Positions 40,285 through 50,700 of a DNA stretch of 59,686 nucleotides are shown one piece after another (within the stretch, counting starts at the first letter, position 1; every line of letters starts with the position of its first letter). The translations under genes were made by a program, and so were the position numbers. The notes beneath the pieces are model-generated. The model searched no databases and had not been told where the DNA came from. It saw only the letters and a list, made by a program, of their open reading frames with translations. This DNA is from an uncultured virus (IMG/VR IMGVR_UViG_3300042888_001691). Its lineage: Duplodnaviria > Heunggongvirae > Uroviricota > Caudoviricetes. The stretch lies in the IMG/VR virus record IMGVR_UViG_3300042888_001691, one strand, 5' to 3'.

Positions 40285-43092
40285 TTACATTCCTGCTAGT
40301 AAAAATGGGCTTAATATATCTGTGGTGTCAACTGGTGGTGTGGTTGTTGCTGCAATGGTTTGTGATTGAATATCCACCCAATAACTAGTTGTACCGTCGT
40401 TGACGTATTCGTACAAAACGTCAGTACTGGTATAATACCATTGGTCGCCGGATATGTTGCCGCTAACTGGTGGAGCAACACCTGCTGTATAAGTCAATCC
40501 GGCGCCACCACCACTGCTAAATGCCACACCATTGCCTGCCCAATATAAGCCATTGGTGGTATACAATTTGTTGGCAAATACATTGCTGGTTACATTTACA
40601 TTCCCAGTAACAGAGATATTACCTGCCTGTATGTTTCCAGTCTGGGTAGTTAGGTATGCTGCTGTATTTGCATTTGCATTTGTGTATAGACTAACAATAG
40701 ATGTATTGGCCCAAGTCTGATATGCACCAATGTTTGCGTTAACGGTATTGATACTTGTGGTCTGTGTGGCTGCATTTGCATTGGCATAGGTTTGATATGC
40801 ACCTAAATTGGCATTTGTTGATATGTTTCCGTTAAACAACGTACCAATATTGGCATTGGCGTAAGTTTGGTATGCACCTACATTTGCATTTAATGTTTGT
40901 AATGAAGTTGATATAGTGCCAATATTGGCATTGGCGTAGATCTCATATGCACCAACATTTGCATCAATGGAATTAATACTGGTGGCTTGTGTGGCTGCAT
41001 TTGCGTTAGCAAAAGTCTGATATGCACCTACATTGGCATCAATTGAGTTTATGCTTGTGGTTTGTGTGGCTGCATTTGCGTTAGCATAAGTCTGATATGC
41101 ACCAATATTGGCATCAATGGAATTAATACTGGTTGTTTGTGTGGCTGCATTGCTATTGGCAAAAGTTTGGAATGCGCCAACATTTGCATCAATGGAGTTA
41201 ATACTGGTTGTTTGTGTGGCTGCATTTGCATTGGCATACGTCTGGTATGCACCTACGTTGGCATCAAGAGTGTTTAAATTTGTTCTAATTGAACCAATAT
41301 TGGCATTGGCGTAGATCTCATATGCACCTACATTTGCATCAAGAGTGTTTAAATTTGTTCTAATTGAGCCAATATTGGCATTGGCGTAGATCTCATATGC
41401 ACCTACATTTGCATCAAGAGTGTTTAAATTTGTTCTAATTGAGCCAATATTGGCATTGGCATAAGATTGATATGCACCTACGTTGGCTTGAATACCAGTT
41501 ATGGTAGAGTTGATTGGTAGGTATGCTGCAACTTCTGTGTTGCCATACGAACTACTCACAAACGGACTACCATTTGCCCAATACAATCCAGTTGTGGTTA
41601 TCAGTCCATATGCAGTCAAATTACCACTGTTTGGATTGTACGTGAGAGCTGTGTTGATATTTTGTTCTACATTTCCAGTTGTAGCAGATACAAAGGTAAC
41701 GTATGCTGTTCCACCACTCACGTTGGAAGTAACTTGTGTTCTGGTAGCATTAGTGGCTGCTGTCACTGTTGCGCTGGTTGTTGTCAAATAAGCAAGAACA
41801 TTGGCATTTGCAGTTGACACTATGTTGTCAAGCTGAACCTGCTGAGCAGCAGCATTGGCCACTGTGCTGTAGTTTGAAAGATTGTTTGTCAACGAACCTA
41901 TGTTGGCATCTAGTGTTTGAATTCTGGTGTTGGCATATGTTTCATATGCGCCCACATTGGCATCTAGTGTTTGAATTCTGGTGTTGGCATATGTTTCATA
42001 TGCGCCCACATTGGCACTAATTACTTGTATACTAGCGTTGGCTGCAGTAACATTGGCATTGATTGTGGAAATACTGGTTGTTACAGTTCCCAGGTTGGCA
42101 TCTTGTGCTGTTGATGCCTGCGACAAAGAATTGATGTTTGTCGCAGCAGTGACTAAATTAGATACTATATCTATAGAGCCTACTACTAAATTTGTTCCTA
42201 CGTATACATTACCGGCAATACCAGCACCGCCACTCACACGCAAGGCACCAGTGGTAGTACTAGTGCTGGTTGTGCTGTTTGCTAACACCAACACACCAGT
42301 TTTAATAGTACCGTAGGTGTTACCTACAAATACATTACTGCCTGTTTCGTATCCACTGTCATACCATTCTAAGTTGCCGGTGCTGTTGGACCAACCCAAG
42401 AAAGCATGATTATCTTGTGTTTTATAATAGTGAAAATCAATACCAATGTCTCTACCGTCATCACCAGTTAACGGAGCAAGGTCCACCGGCGTATGTAACT
42501 GTATGATTGAGTCATGCACAATCAAATTGTTGCTGTCAAATAGAGTGGTGTTTCCTTGTAAATTTAAATTACCAGTGATTGTTACATCAGAAAATATTGT
42601 GCTGTTGCCCAGTTGAACAGTGCCACCGTTGGTGGTGAAGCTCCAGTTTCCAGCCTGACTTACACTTAGAGATTCGCTGCCCATGTGCAAGGTTGTTCCA
42701 CTCAGCCACAGATCTTTAAATCTGTTGGTTGAGGTTCCTAGATCATACGCAACATTTGACGTTGGTATAATTGATCCTGTCAAGTAAACATTGGCCTGGT
42801 TGTTTCCGCCACCAATGTTTCCGTATATTGTACCGGCTCTTAGATTTGCATAGCTGGTCAACGCAATGTTGCCGTTGGTAATGCCAGTGTTGGACGTCAA
42901 TCCTACTGTCAACTCTGTGCCAGACTCGTTCCAGTATACCGCAACATTTGATTTGGTGCCTTGATTACGATTGATCAGAAAGCCAACATCAACATTGGCT
43001 ATAGTGGATCCACTATTCAAAACCGTAATTGGGTCTTGAATTTTAGCTACAGCAGTGTCTGCTTGAGAAAATCTTGTTCTGGTTAAACCCAT
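40285..43092 (-). CDS. Fibre/stalk protein with coiled-coil repeats
   Basis: MGLTR start; YDLGTSTNRFKDLWLSG; tandem ANIGSIRTNLNTLDANVGAYEIY and ANAATQTTSINSIDANVGAYQT repeats; C-terminal PFLLAGM. Confidence 0.75.
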   Translation of the reverse strand: MGLTRTRFSQADTAVAKIQDPITVLNSGSTIANVDVGFLINRNQGTKSNVAVYWNESGTELTVGLTSNTGITNGNIALTSYANLRAGTIYGNIGGGNNQANVYLTGSIIPTSNVAYDLGTSTNRFKDLWLSGTTLHMGSESLSVSQAGNWSFTTNGGTVQLGNSTIFSDVTITGNLNLQGNTTLFDSNNLIVHDSIIQLHTPVDLAPLTGDDGRDIGIDFHYYKTQDNHAFLGWSNSTGNLEWYDSGYETGSNVFVGNTYGTIKTGVLVLANSTTSTSTTTGALRVSGGAGIAGNVYVGTNLVVGSIDIVSNLVTAATNINSLSQASTAQDANLGTVTTSISTINANVTAANASIQVISANVGAYETYANTRIQTLDANVGAYETYANTRIQTLDANIGSLTNNLSNYSTVANAAAQQVQLDNIVSTANANVLAYLTTTSATVTAATNATRTQVTSNVSGGTAYVTFVSATTGNVEQNINTALTYNPNSGNLTAYGLITTTGLYWANGSPFVSSSYGNTEVAAYLPINSTITGIQANVGAYQSYANANIGSIRTNLNTLDANVGAYEIYANANIGSIRTNLNTLDANVGAYEIYANANIGSIRTNLNTLDANVGAYQTYANANAATQTTSINSIDANVGAFQTFANSNAATQTTSINSIDANIGAYQTYANANAATQTTSINSIDANVGAYQTFANANAATQATSINSIDANVGAYEIYANANIGTISTSLQTLNANVGAYQTYANANIGTLFNGNISTNANLGAYQTYANANAATQTTSINTVNANIGAYQTWANTSIVSLYTNANANTAAYLTTQTGNIQAGNISVTGNVNVTSNVFANKLYTTNGLYWAGNGVAFSSGGGAGLTYTAGVAPPVSGNISGDQWYYTSTDVLYEYVNDGTTSYWVDIQSQTIAATTTPPVDTTDILSPFLLAGM
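40366..40484. repeat. Direct repeat copy D (partner at 34729-34844)
   Basis: See copy C. Confidence 0.85.
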
Positions 43093-43124
43093 TGTCGTTC
43101 CGTAATAAGTGTAGTATTTATCGG

Positions 43125-43153
43125 AAAAAAATAAAGGACCTTAGGTCCTTTAT
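43125..43153 (-). terminator. Rho-independent terminator
   Basis: ATAAAGGACC-TAA-GGTCCTTTAT followed by TTTTTT on the minus strand, just upstream of the next TAAATA promoter. Confidence 0.85.
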
Positions 43154-43177
43154 ATTTACATTACAGCAGTATGATTG

Positions 43178-44062
43178 TTACATTCTACCAACTACCACTT
43201 CAATTACGCCCTCGTTCCCGTCAAAGTTTTCCAAGGCTTTTCCAATAACAGCACCCAGTTGTGGGCTATTATCTGGTCTAGCAAACCCAGATCCGCCACT
43301 TACTAGCATATCGCCCTTGCGAATTGTGCCACGGACTCGACATGGAGTACGTCCTTGTAGTGCAATAGCGACTACGTTTTCTCCAGTTAATCCGCCATTC
43401 ATCAAGTGTGCAGGATTTGTAGAAACAACTCCTGCTATACGACGTGTTCCATCTTCAGCCACTGTGACTTCATGTTCACCGCCAAATTCCAGCACAGTAC
43501 CAGGCGCATACGCTGCATCTGCTTGATAATTTTCTGCCAAGTCAGCATATCGTGCTTGAGTTGACACGCCGTACAGTGTACCCCACCAGTTGGTAGTAGT
43601 GCCTAAATTCTGAGTAGTATTGGCACTGGGTATTACCCAACCTGACGTAAATATGTTGCCGGCAAAGCCTGCGCCGCCCTCAACAACCAGTGCACCAGTT
43701 GTGATTGATGTTGAGGTTGTGGTAGCAGCAGCAACCAAGTTGCCGCCCACAATTGCTATGCCAGCAATACCAGCACCGCCTCTAGTAACAAAAGAACCTG
43801 TGCTAACATTGCCAGTAACAGTGGTTGCTTCTGCTACCAAATTGCTGCTAAACGACCCTGCAGTTGCTCTAACAGTACCACCACTGACATTGTAGGACAA
43901 GTTTGCATGCGTGGCCGTTCCTATAAATTGATTGGAGTATATTCCGTTAAAATAGGAAGAAACATTTCCTAGCCAAACGTTGGCATTGGCCTGTGGTTGC
44001 AGGTTCCCGTTGAATCTAATGGGATTTGGCCCAAACGCTGTATCTATTCTTTGTAATGCCAT
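43178..44062 (-). CDS. Fibre protein with peptidase G2-like chaperone domain (paralogue of 25609-26694)
   Basis: GVSTQARYADLAENY...VVSTNPAHLMN...GRTPC...GKALE...IEVVVGRM. Confidence 0.75.
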   Translation of the reverse strand: MALQRIDTAFGPNPIRFNGNLQPQANANVWLGNVSSYFNGIYSNQFIGTATHANLSYNVSGGTVRATAGSFSSNLVAEATTVTGNVSTGSFVTRGGAGIAGIAIVGGNLVAAATTTSTSITTGALVVEGGAGFAGNIFTSGWVIPSANTTQNLGTTTNWWGTLYGVSTQARYADLAENYQADAAYAPGTVLEFGGEHEVTVAEDGTRRIAGVVSTNPAHLMNGGLTGENVVAIALQGRTPCRVRGTIRKGDMLVSGGSGFARPDNSPQLGAVIGKALENFDGNEGVIEVVVGRM

Positions 44063-44080
44063 GGCTTGTTTTCCTTTTTA

Positions 44081-46669
44081 TTATGCCTGATTCTCTGCCC
44101 AACGTAGTACTGCTCTAGCTTGTACTCTAACATTATTGTTGAGAGGAGTTACAACAATTGATAGTGTATCTGGACCGTCAGGGAATGTGTTAAATCCGCC
44201 TAACAGGCTGTTGTTTAATTCTTTGATTGGTTTTAGATCGTAAGCAACAGTCTGGAAGTTTAAACCTGCAGTGGTCACTGTGCCCGAGTAGTTGACTGCA
44301 GCCTGTCTAGCTGCTGGGGCGCCCACAATGCCTTGCCACACAATCTCGCCGCCTGTGGTTAAAGTTGCTGAATCATCATACTGACATAGACTGTTACCAC
44401 CCACATTGGTCCAGGTTGGATTGGTATTTGATAATGTACCATTTAGAACAATCTGTACCTGGCATGCATCAGTGGCCGATACGTCGCAACTTATTGGCCA
44501 CATTTGCATGTGATTGGTCAAGTCACGTACACCAAACCCGCCTGGAATTCCCGAGTCTGCAGTTGGTGCCAGTCGTACATTCAGAATTGTGTACGGGCTA
44601 AACTGATTAATAGTATTCAACTGTCCGGTTGCACTGAATGTGTAACCTCGGTCTTCGTTAAACATGCCATCCATGATCATGGATGTGCCCCAATGGAACA
44701 GGCTAGGAACATCACTTGGAGCAGTGGCACCATTGATAACTTCGTATCTGATAGGCAAGTTGCCTGAACGGAAGTATGCTTCCACTTTGTTGTTGCCATG
44801 TACAAACTTGTGCAGATAAGTAATTTCACCATCTTGATCTTTGACTCCAAATCTAATGGTGCCGGCTCCATACCAGGCATAGTCAATGTAATACATCAGG
44901 ATCTTGTTGATATCCAAATTAAATCCAGTTTGTCCAGTACCATCCGCTTTGTCTAAATTAAATCCAGACTGCGGAATACGTGCATCAACTGTGACACTGA
45001 CCTTGACTCCTGCCAGTGTTGAAACACTTGAATCTGCGCGATATGCAGGAGAAACGTCAATGCTGGTTGAACTGTTAACGGCCAACACCTTGTAACTGTT
45101 ACCTTTGACCACTACATAATCACCTACCACAAGTTCTGTAGTAAATGCAGTGCCAGACCCAGCAAACGTTGGCGAACCGTTGGTAACTGTTATGGTTCCT
45201 GTAATTTGTCTGACACTGGATCTACGCACTGCCCATAATGTTGCTCCATCCCATTCAAAGAATGCACCGTTTTGATCATCATACACGCCGGCTCGGTTAT
45301 TGATATTGGATGTGGCCTGTGCTGGATTGTTAAACGCCACAGCAAAACTCACTTGTACACCTTTACCAGACTGATAACGGAAGTATTTACGACTCTGTCT
45401 AATAATTCTACTGTTAGGTTGAGTATCATTGGTGGTCATTGTGATACCACCATCTACAGGATTGGAGTATGCAAGTCCTTGAGGTCTTACGTATACATTG
45501 CCTGCTGTCAAAGTTGAACCACCCGGAGTGCCCGAAATAGTATACTCAATTGCTTTTGTATTGGACACTGTGGCAATCACATGTGGTCCGTTAACTGCTG
45601 CAGTTGCAAAATTAACCACACTTAGTGTATTATTAACTACCAAACCGTGAGCACCTTGTGTTATTACCTGCACTGTGGTATTTCCAAAAGTTTTTAACGC
45701 AGTGATTGCAATGTTTGCTCCAGTAAAGAATGCTCCTGGATAAATTGCTACACCGTTTTGAAAGATTGACCCCGACGACACTGTGCCGGTACCCACATAT
45801 CTAAACGTGGTTGCATTTACATTTGAAACCAAAAATTCACCATTGGCTTGTTCGTCTATGGTACCAATTACTGTTACAGGCTGCGCTTCTGTCAATCCAT
45901 GAGCACTAGATGTTACTACACTAACATAAGCTGTACCGTTTCCTTGTATGCTAGTAATATTGGCAGTTTGTGCAAGGGCTGCATCAGTATTACGACCATA
46001 ACTGGCAAAATAGTTGTTGACAAACTTCATGGTCTGCCATTTGGTTGGTTGTGGACCATATTCAAAGTCAGTGTCAATCATGGACTGTGGGTTACTAACA
46101 CGTAATTTTCCAACTGGATCTACTAGAAAGTCACGGAAGCTGATCAACGGTGCCGGATCACTGTCAGTGATAATTAGCAGTTTGTCCGTGGAGGTATATG
46201 TGCTGGTATCAACAGGGATATTGGCAATTCTGGTTTGATAGTTTCTGTCTGTGTATGTTAATGCAGTATTGGTCCCGGTTGCAGTTGCCGGAACATCAAT
46301 ATAGATAATATCTGTACCGTTGGTGTAGTCAACTGTGTTACCGTTTGTAGGCATGCCTGTACCAGTAACCCTCCATCCTTGCTGCACACCGGTGCTGTTG
46401 TAATACAGTGTATCGAACTGACCAGTGGTCATTTTGATTGCAGTATTGCCAGTGGCTGTATTACCATTTACAGCAAGACTACGTTGAATATTAGTAAATG
46501 TTACTGCATTAAATGTGGTGTCGTTAAAATTGTACAAAGTAGTTTTACTTGGTACATGAATAATCAATAGTACTTGTTCTGGTGATACTTTTTCAGGCAA
46601 TGTGATCTGCGTGCTGCCGCTGAGGCCTGGTGTGAAAATATAACCACTTGTGAATGTTTTTTTTGCCAT
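44081..46669 (-). CDS. Virion structural protein
   Basis: DPVGKLRVSNPQSMIDTDFEYG.Q.TKW, RQSRKYFRYQSGKG and YAWYGAG motifs; AAGGA Shine-Dalgarno and TAAATA upstream. Confidence 0.7.
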   Translation of the reverse strand: MAKKTFTSGYIFTPGLSGSTQITLPEKVSPEQVLLIIHVPSKTTLYNFNDTTFNAVTFTNIQRSLAVNGNTATGNTAIKMTTGQFDTLYYNSTGVQQGWRVTGTGMPTNGNTVDYTNGTDIIYIDVPATATGTNTALTYTDRNYQTRIANIPVDTSTYTSTDKLLIITDSDPAPLISFRDFLVDPVGKLRVSNPQSMIDTDFEYGPQPTKWQTMKFVNNYFASYGRNTDAALAQTANITSIQGNGTAYVSVVTSSAHGLTEAQPVTVIGTIDEQANGEFLVSNVNATTFRYVGTGTVSSGSIFQNGVAIYPGAFFTGANIAITALKTFGNTTVQVITQGAHGLVVNNTLSVVNFATAAVNGPHVIATVSNTKAIEYTISGTPGGSTLTAGNVYVRPQGLAYSNPVDGGITMTTNDTQPNSRIIRQSRKYFRYQSGKGVQVSFAVAFNNPAQATSNINNRAGVYDDQNGAFFEWDGATLWAVRRSSVRQITGTITVTNGSPTFAGSGTAFTTELVVGDYVVVKGNSYKVLAVNSSTSIDVSPAYRADSSVSTLAGVKVSVTVDARIPQSGFNLDKADGTGQTGFNLDINKILMYYIDYAWYGAGTIRFGVKDQDGEITYLHKFVHGNNKVEAYFRSGNLPIRYEVINGATAPSDVPSLFHWGTSMIMDGMFNEDRGYTFSATGQLNTINQFSPYTILNVRLAPTADSGIPGGFGVRDLTNHMQMWPISCDVSATDACQVQIVLNGTLSNTNPTWTNVGGNSLCQYDDSATLTTGGEIVWQGIVGAPAARQAAVNYSGTVTTAGLNFQTVAYDLKPIKELNNSLLGGFNTFPDGPDTLSIVVTPLNNNVRVQARAVLRWAENQA

Positions 46670-46706
46670 TTTGTTTAGTGTCCTTGTTGTGTATATTTAC
46701 TGTAAA

Positions 46707-47756
46707 TTAAAAGCCGCCTAATGCAACTGCATAAACCAGTGCAGTATTTTGCACCACTTGCAAGGAAGTGGACGATCCAGCTTTCCATTTTGAGGCAGCA
46801 GAGTCATAGATTAAAAACTGACCATCTGCCGGTGCAACAGTAAAATCAATATCGGCTAGTGTACCTAATGCACTAACCCCTGATCCAGCAAGAATTTTAA
46901 CTTCTACATTGCTGCCAGTTGGAATTGCTTCGGTAAAAGTAAGCTGATTGCCAGCAAGACTGTATGTGCTTTTTGGCTGATAGATTCCGTTCCACCAAAC
47001 TGAAATTTGATTGATATCAGCCGGTGTATTACTTAAACTAAATGGCCCTGAAGAATCGTTGCCTTGTATTACACTAGTAATTAATCCAGATGCTGTAGTA
47101 GTACTGACCTGACTACCACCTTGATATATATTGCCACCCACATACAAGTTACCTGATGTAATAACCACGTTGGCTGTAGCAGTTACCAGTTTATTACTGG
47201 CAACTACCAAGTTTCCTGACGCCGCACCTGGGTCTACAGTGCTGGTATTGTTCCAGGTAAATTTGGCATCATTGCTTACCCGTACTTCAGCAAAACCTTT
47301 ACCTAAATCAGTATTGATTAGAGCGTACACTTCCCACGCAGTATCTGTTGAGACAGTATTAACACTTTTGAGTTTTACCCCGGCTACCGCTTCTTTAAAG
47401 CCTTGGCTAAAATAATTACATTGTATATTAGGACCTGCACCGTTGAGTATTCGAATATTAATAGTATCTCTGGCGGCAGCATCAGCTGCATAACCTTGTC
47501 CAGCAGTGACCACAATCTCCATTGCTTCGCCAGCACCAGCTCCGCTGTTGACCCTGAATATGCCCAACAGATGCCAAGTTGCTGACCCCAATGCTGGTGC
47601 CAATTGCAAAGCGTACTTGTTTACATACGCAGTTGCGATACTGTTGGTACTGGTACTGGTAATGTTGCCTGCAGATACTACATCGCCGTTGCCGGCGAAT
47701 ATTGTAACTGCTCCTACTTCTAGTCCGTTGTGGACTACAAAATTTTTATTTGCCAT
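46707..47756 (-). CDS. Virion structural/fibre protein
   Basis: MANKNFVVHNGL start; VWWNGIYQ....YSL.GNQLTFTEA module; C-terminal YAVALGGF. Confidence 0.65.
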   Translation of the reverse strand: MANKNFVVHNGLEVGAVTIFAGNGDVVSAGNITSTSTNSIATAYVNKYALQLAPALGSATWHLLGIFRVNSGAGAGEAMEIVVTAGQGYAADAAARDTINIRILNGAGPNIQCNYFSQGFKEAVAGVKLKSVNTVSTDTAWEVYALINTDLGKGFAEVRVSNDAKFTWNNTSTVDPGAASGNLVVASNKLVTATANVVITSGNLYVGGNIYQGGSQVSTTTASGLITSVIQGNDSSGPFSLSNTPADINQISVWWNGIYQPKSTYSLAGNQLTFTEAIPTGSNVEVKILAGSGVSALGTLADIDFTVAPADGQFLIYDSAASKWKAGSSTSLQVVQNTALVYAVALGGF

Positions 47757-47784
47757 AGTTCCATATCTCCCTGTTGGCTATTTG

Positions 47785-50700
47785 TTATAACTTCATCAAT
47801 GTTGGTGTTACCTTAATTGCCAAATTGGCACTTGCACTAATTGCGTTTAGATACACTGTGCTTGCTGCTATGTTTGCACTAAATGTTGCCAACTGTGATA
47901 ATCCAGTATAAGTGACACCATATGTTTCGATTGATGCTGTTGTACCGTTTTGTACCAGTATAACTTCAGCGGCCTGATATTCACCACCACTGTTGTCAGT
48001 CAATTGCACAAAGAATTGACCACTTCTATACACAGTCTTATCAAAACTGTACACTGCATCAGTGCCTGCTGCCGCAACGTACTTGCCTCTAACATCATCT
48101 GTGACAATTGCTGCATTAACTTGCAATCCATCGTTTACATAAACAGATGTAAACGATCCTAATGCTGCAATATTAGCACCAATTGGTGTGTTGTCCAATG
48201 ATCCGCCGCCTACTGTTGCGCCAACCAGTGTACCACCTTGCATGTTGATGTTGCTCACAAACAAGTAGTCTACTCGATTGCCAGGTGCACCAATATTGCT
48301 AGTAGTAACTGGATATAAATCTCCTGCTGTGTCAATTCTCCAGTTTTCAACTGAGCCTAACGAAACGTTACCTGTATAGAAACTTAAATAATCGTTACTG
48401 GCAACAAACTGATTAAATCCAGCTGGGCTAGCTACACTAGACACTGTTGAAGTGGTAGTAATAACTCTTGTATCAATTACGTCACCAATTGCAGGCGATT
48501 CAGTAAATGTTATTACATCATTTGTTACACTGTATGCTGTGCTTGGAATTTGTAACACACCGTTGATGCTTACCAGTGTGCCATTGGTTGTGCTGTTTGC
48601 ACTCAGTGTAAATGCAGTGTTTGTTCCATCAACATTGCCATTAACATCGCCTGTTAAACTGGAGAATGTTCTCTGAGTAATAACTGTAAATGTGCTACCG
48701 GTGTTGTTCCACTGGCCGCTACCATAATATTCCAAAGTACCCGAAGTACTGTTGAATCGCATCATACCATCTACATCAGTGTAGCCTTTTGCACTTGGTC
48801 TTTCTGAGCTAGGACCAACTGGTATTAATATTGAGTCTTGGCTATCAACTACCAGTTTTGCACCTTGTGTAATATTAGCTGCGGTTAGGTTACCACCAAT
48901 ACCAACTTGATCGTAAGTGCTGTCTGCTACAACAAATACCAAGCTACGCTCATTAACACCTCTAATTATAGTGTCGTGTGTTGACTTGTTACCGTTAATA
49001 ACCATGCCTTGACCAACATACACATTGCCATTAATTGCTGCACCACCGGTGCCTGTAATCACCAAAGCGCCGGTCGTGTTTGCTGTTCCGGCGGCAGCAG
49101 TGTAAACAGTGGTAGTATTTGATGTATTAAGAATATTGCCACCAGCGATCAGTGTACTAGTGGCGCTTAATGTAGTGAATGCGCCAGTTCCTGGTGTCAC
49201 ATTCCCAATTGCTTGTGCCTGGATTGATGCAGGGGTAAACGACACCGCAGTTAACGTGGTAAATGCACCAGTTGCTGGAACATTTGCGCCAATTGGAAAA
49301 TTGTCTGCATACCCACCTGTTACTTGTGCATTGGCAGTACTAAAGTTGGTAATATTACCAGTTGTTGCATATATGCCACTGAGCCCAGTTAATGCTCCTC
49401 CAGTAATAACTATGTTGCTGGTACTAAAGTTTTGCGCAAACAGTGTTGTAACATTACCACTGGTTGCGTTTAATACAGTTGATGTTAAATTCTGTGCATT
49501 GGCATTTGTAAATACCGCAGTTGATGGGTCTACAGCACCAATTGGTATATTATTAATTCCGCTGGTTCCTGTACCACCGCGAATCCAGACTGGTCCAGTT
49601 GGTGCTGCCCATAAACTGGTTGCTGCTCTAAAGTTGCTTGCATAAACGTTTGCTGCACTTGTAGCGCCAATGCTCATATTGTCAATGGTGCCAATAATGC
49701 CAGGATTGATAGTGACTGTCTGTACACCGCTTTGTGGACTCAAGTATACATTAGCAGTCACATTCAATGTGGTCAGTTTTGCCTCGCCTGAGGTTGTTAC
49801 AGTAGTAAATGCAGCTGAATTGGCAGTGGTTGCACCAATTGCTGTTCCATCTATGTATCCGCCTGTAATTCTAGCATTGGCAGTACTAAAGTTGTTGGCA
49901 ACCAGTGTAATAGCTTGGCCGTTTGTGATATTGGCTGTGGTGGCATTTACCGTAGCGGCATTGACAGTATATGCATCAACTGTGGCAGCATTGGCAGTTG
50001 TAAAATTACCGGTACTTGCTGTGTTAGCTCCAACTGCAGTACCATCAATGTACCCACCTGTGACTCGTGCATTTGCTGTACTAAAGTTAGTAGCAACTAG
50101 AGTGGTTATGTTGCCATTTGTGGCATTTGTAGTTACAAATGTTGCACTAACACCAGTTAGTGTTGTAATATTACCAGTGGTGGCATTTAGTACGGTAGTA
50201 TTGGTAGTTTGCGCATCAATTGTTGGTGCAGTTAATGTTGTAATATTACCAGTGGTGGCATTTAGTACGGTAGTATTGGTAGTTTGCGCATCAATCGTTG
50301 GTGCAGTTAATGTTGTAATATTACCAGCTGTAGCGTTTACAGTAGCGGCATTGACAGTATATGCGGCAACTGTGGCAGCATTGGCTGTGGTAAAATTACC
50401 GGTGTTGGCAGTTGTTGCTCCAATTGCAGTGTCATCAATGTATCCACCTGTGACTCGCGCATTTGCTGTACTAAAGTTAGTTGCAACTACAGTAGTTATG
50501 TTGCCATTTGTGGCATTGATGCCCCAGGCTGTTATATTGCCAGTGTCAACAGTTGGAGTAATTAATGTAGTAATATTGGCTGTGGTGGCATTTACGGTTG
50601 TTGCATTGACCGTATACGAATCAACTGTGGCTGCATTGGCTGTGGTAAAGTTACCAGTATTGGCCGTAGTTGCACCAATTGCAGTGCCATCAATATACCC

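Noticed and set aside
34860..42070. Regularly spaced repeats resembling a CRISPR array or a DGR template/variable pair
   Set aside because: They are in-frame coding repeats with mostly synonymous variation; no unique spacers, cas genes, reverse transcriptase or adenine-specific mismatch pattern was seen.
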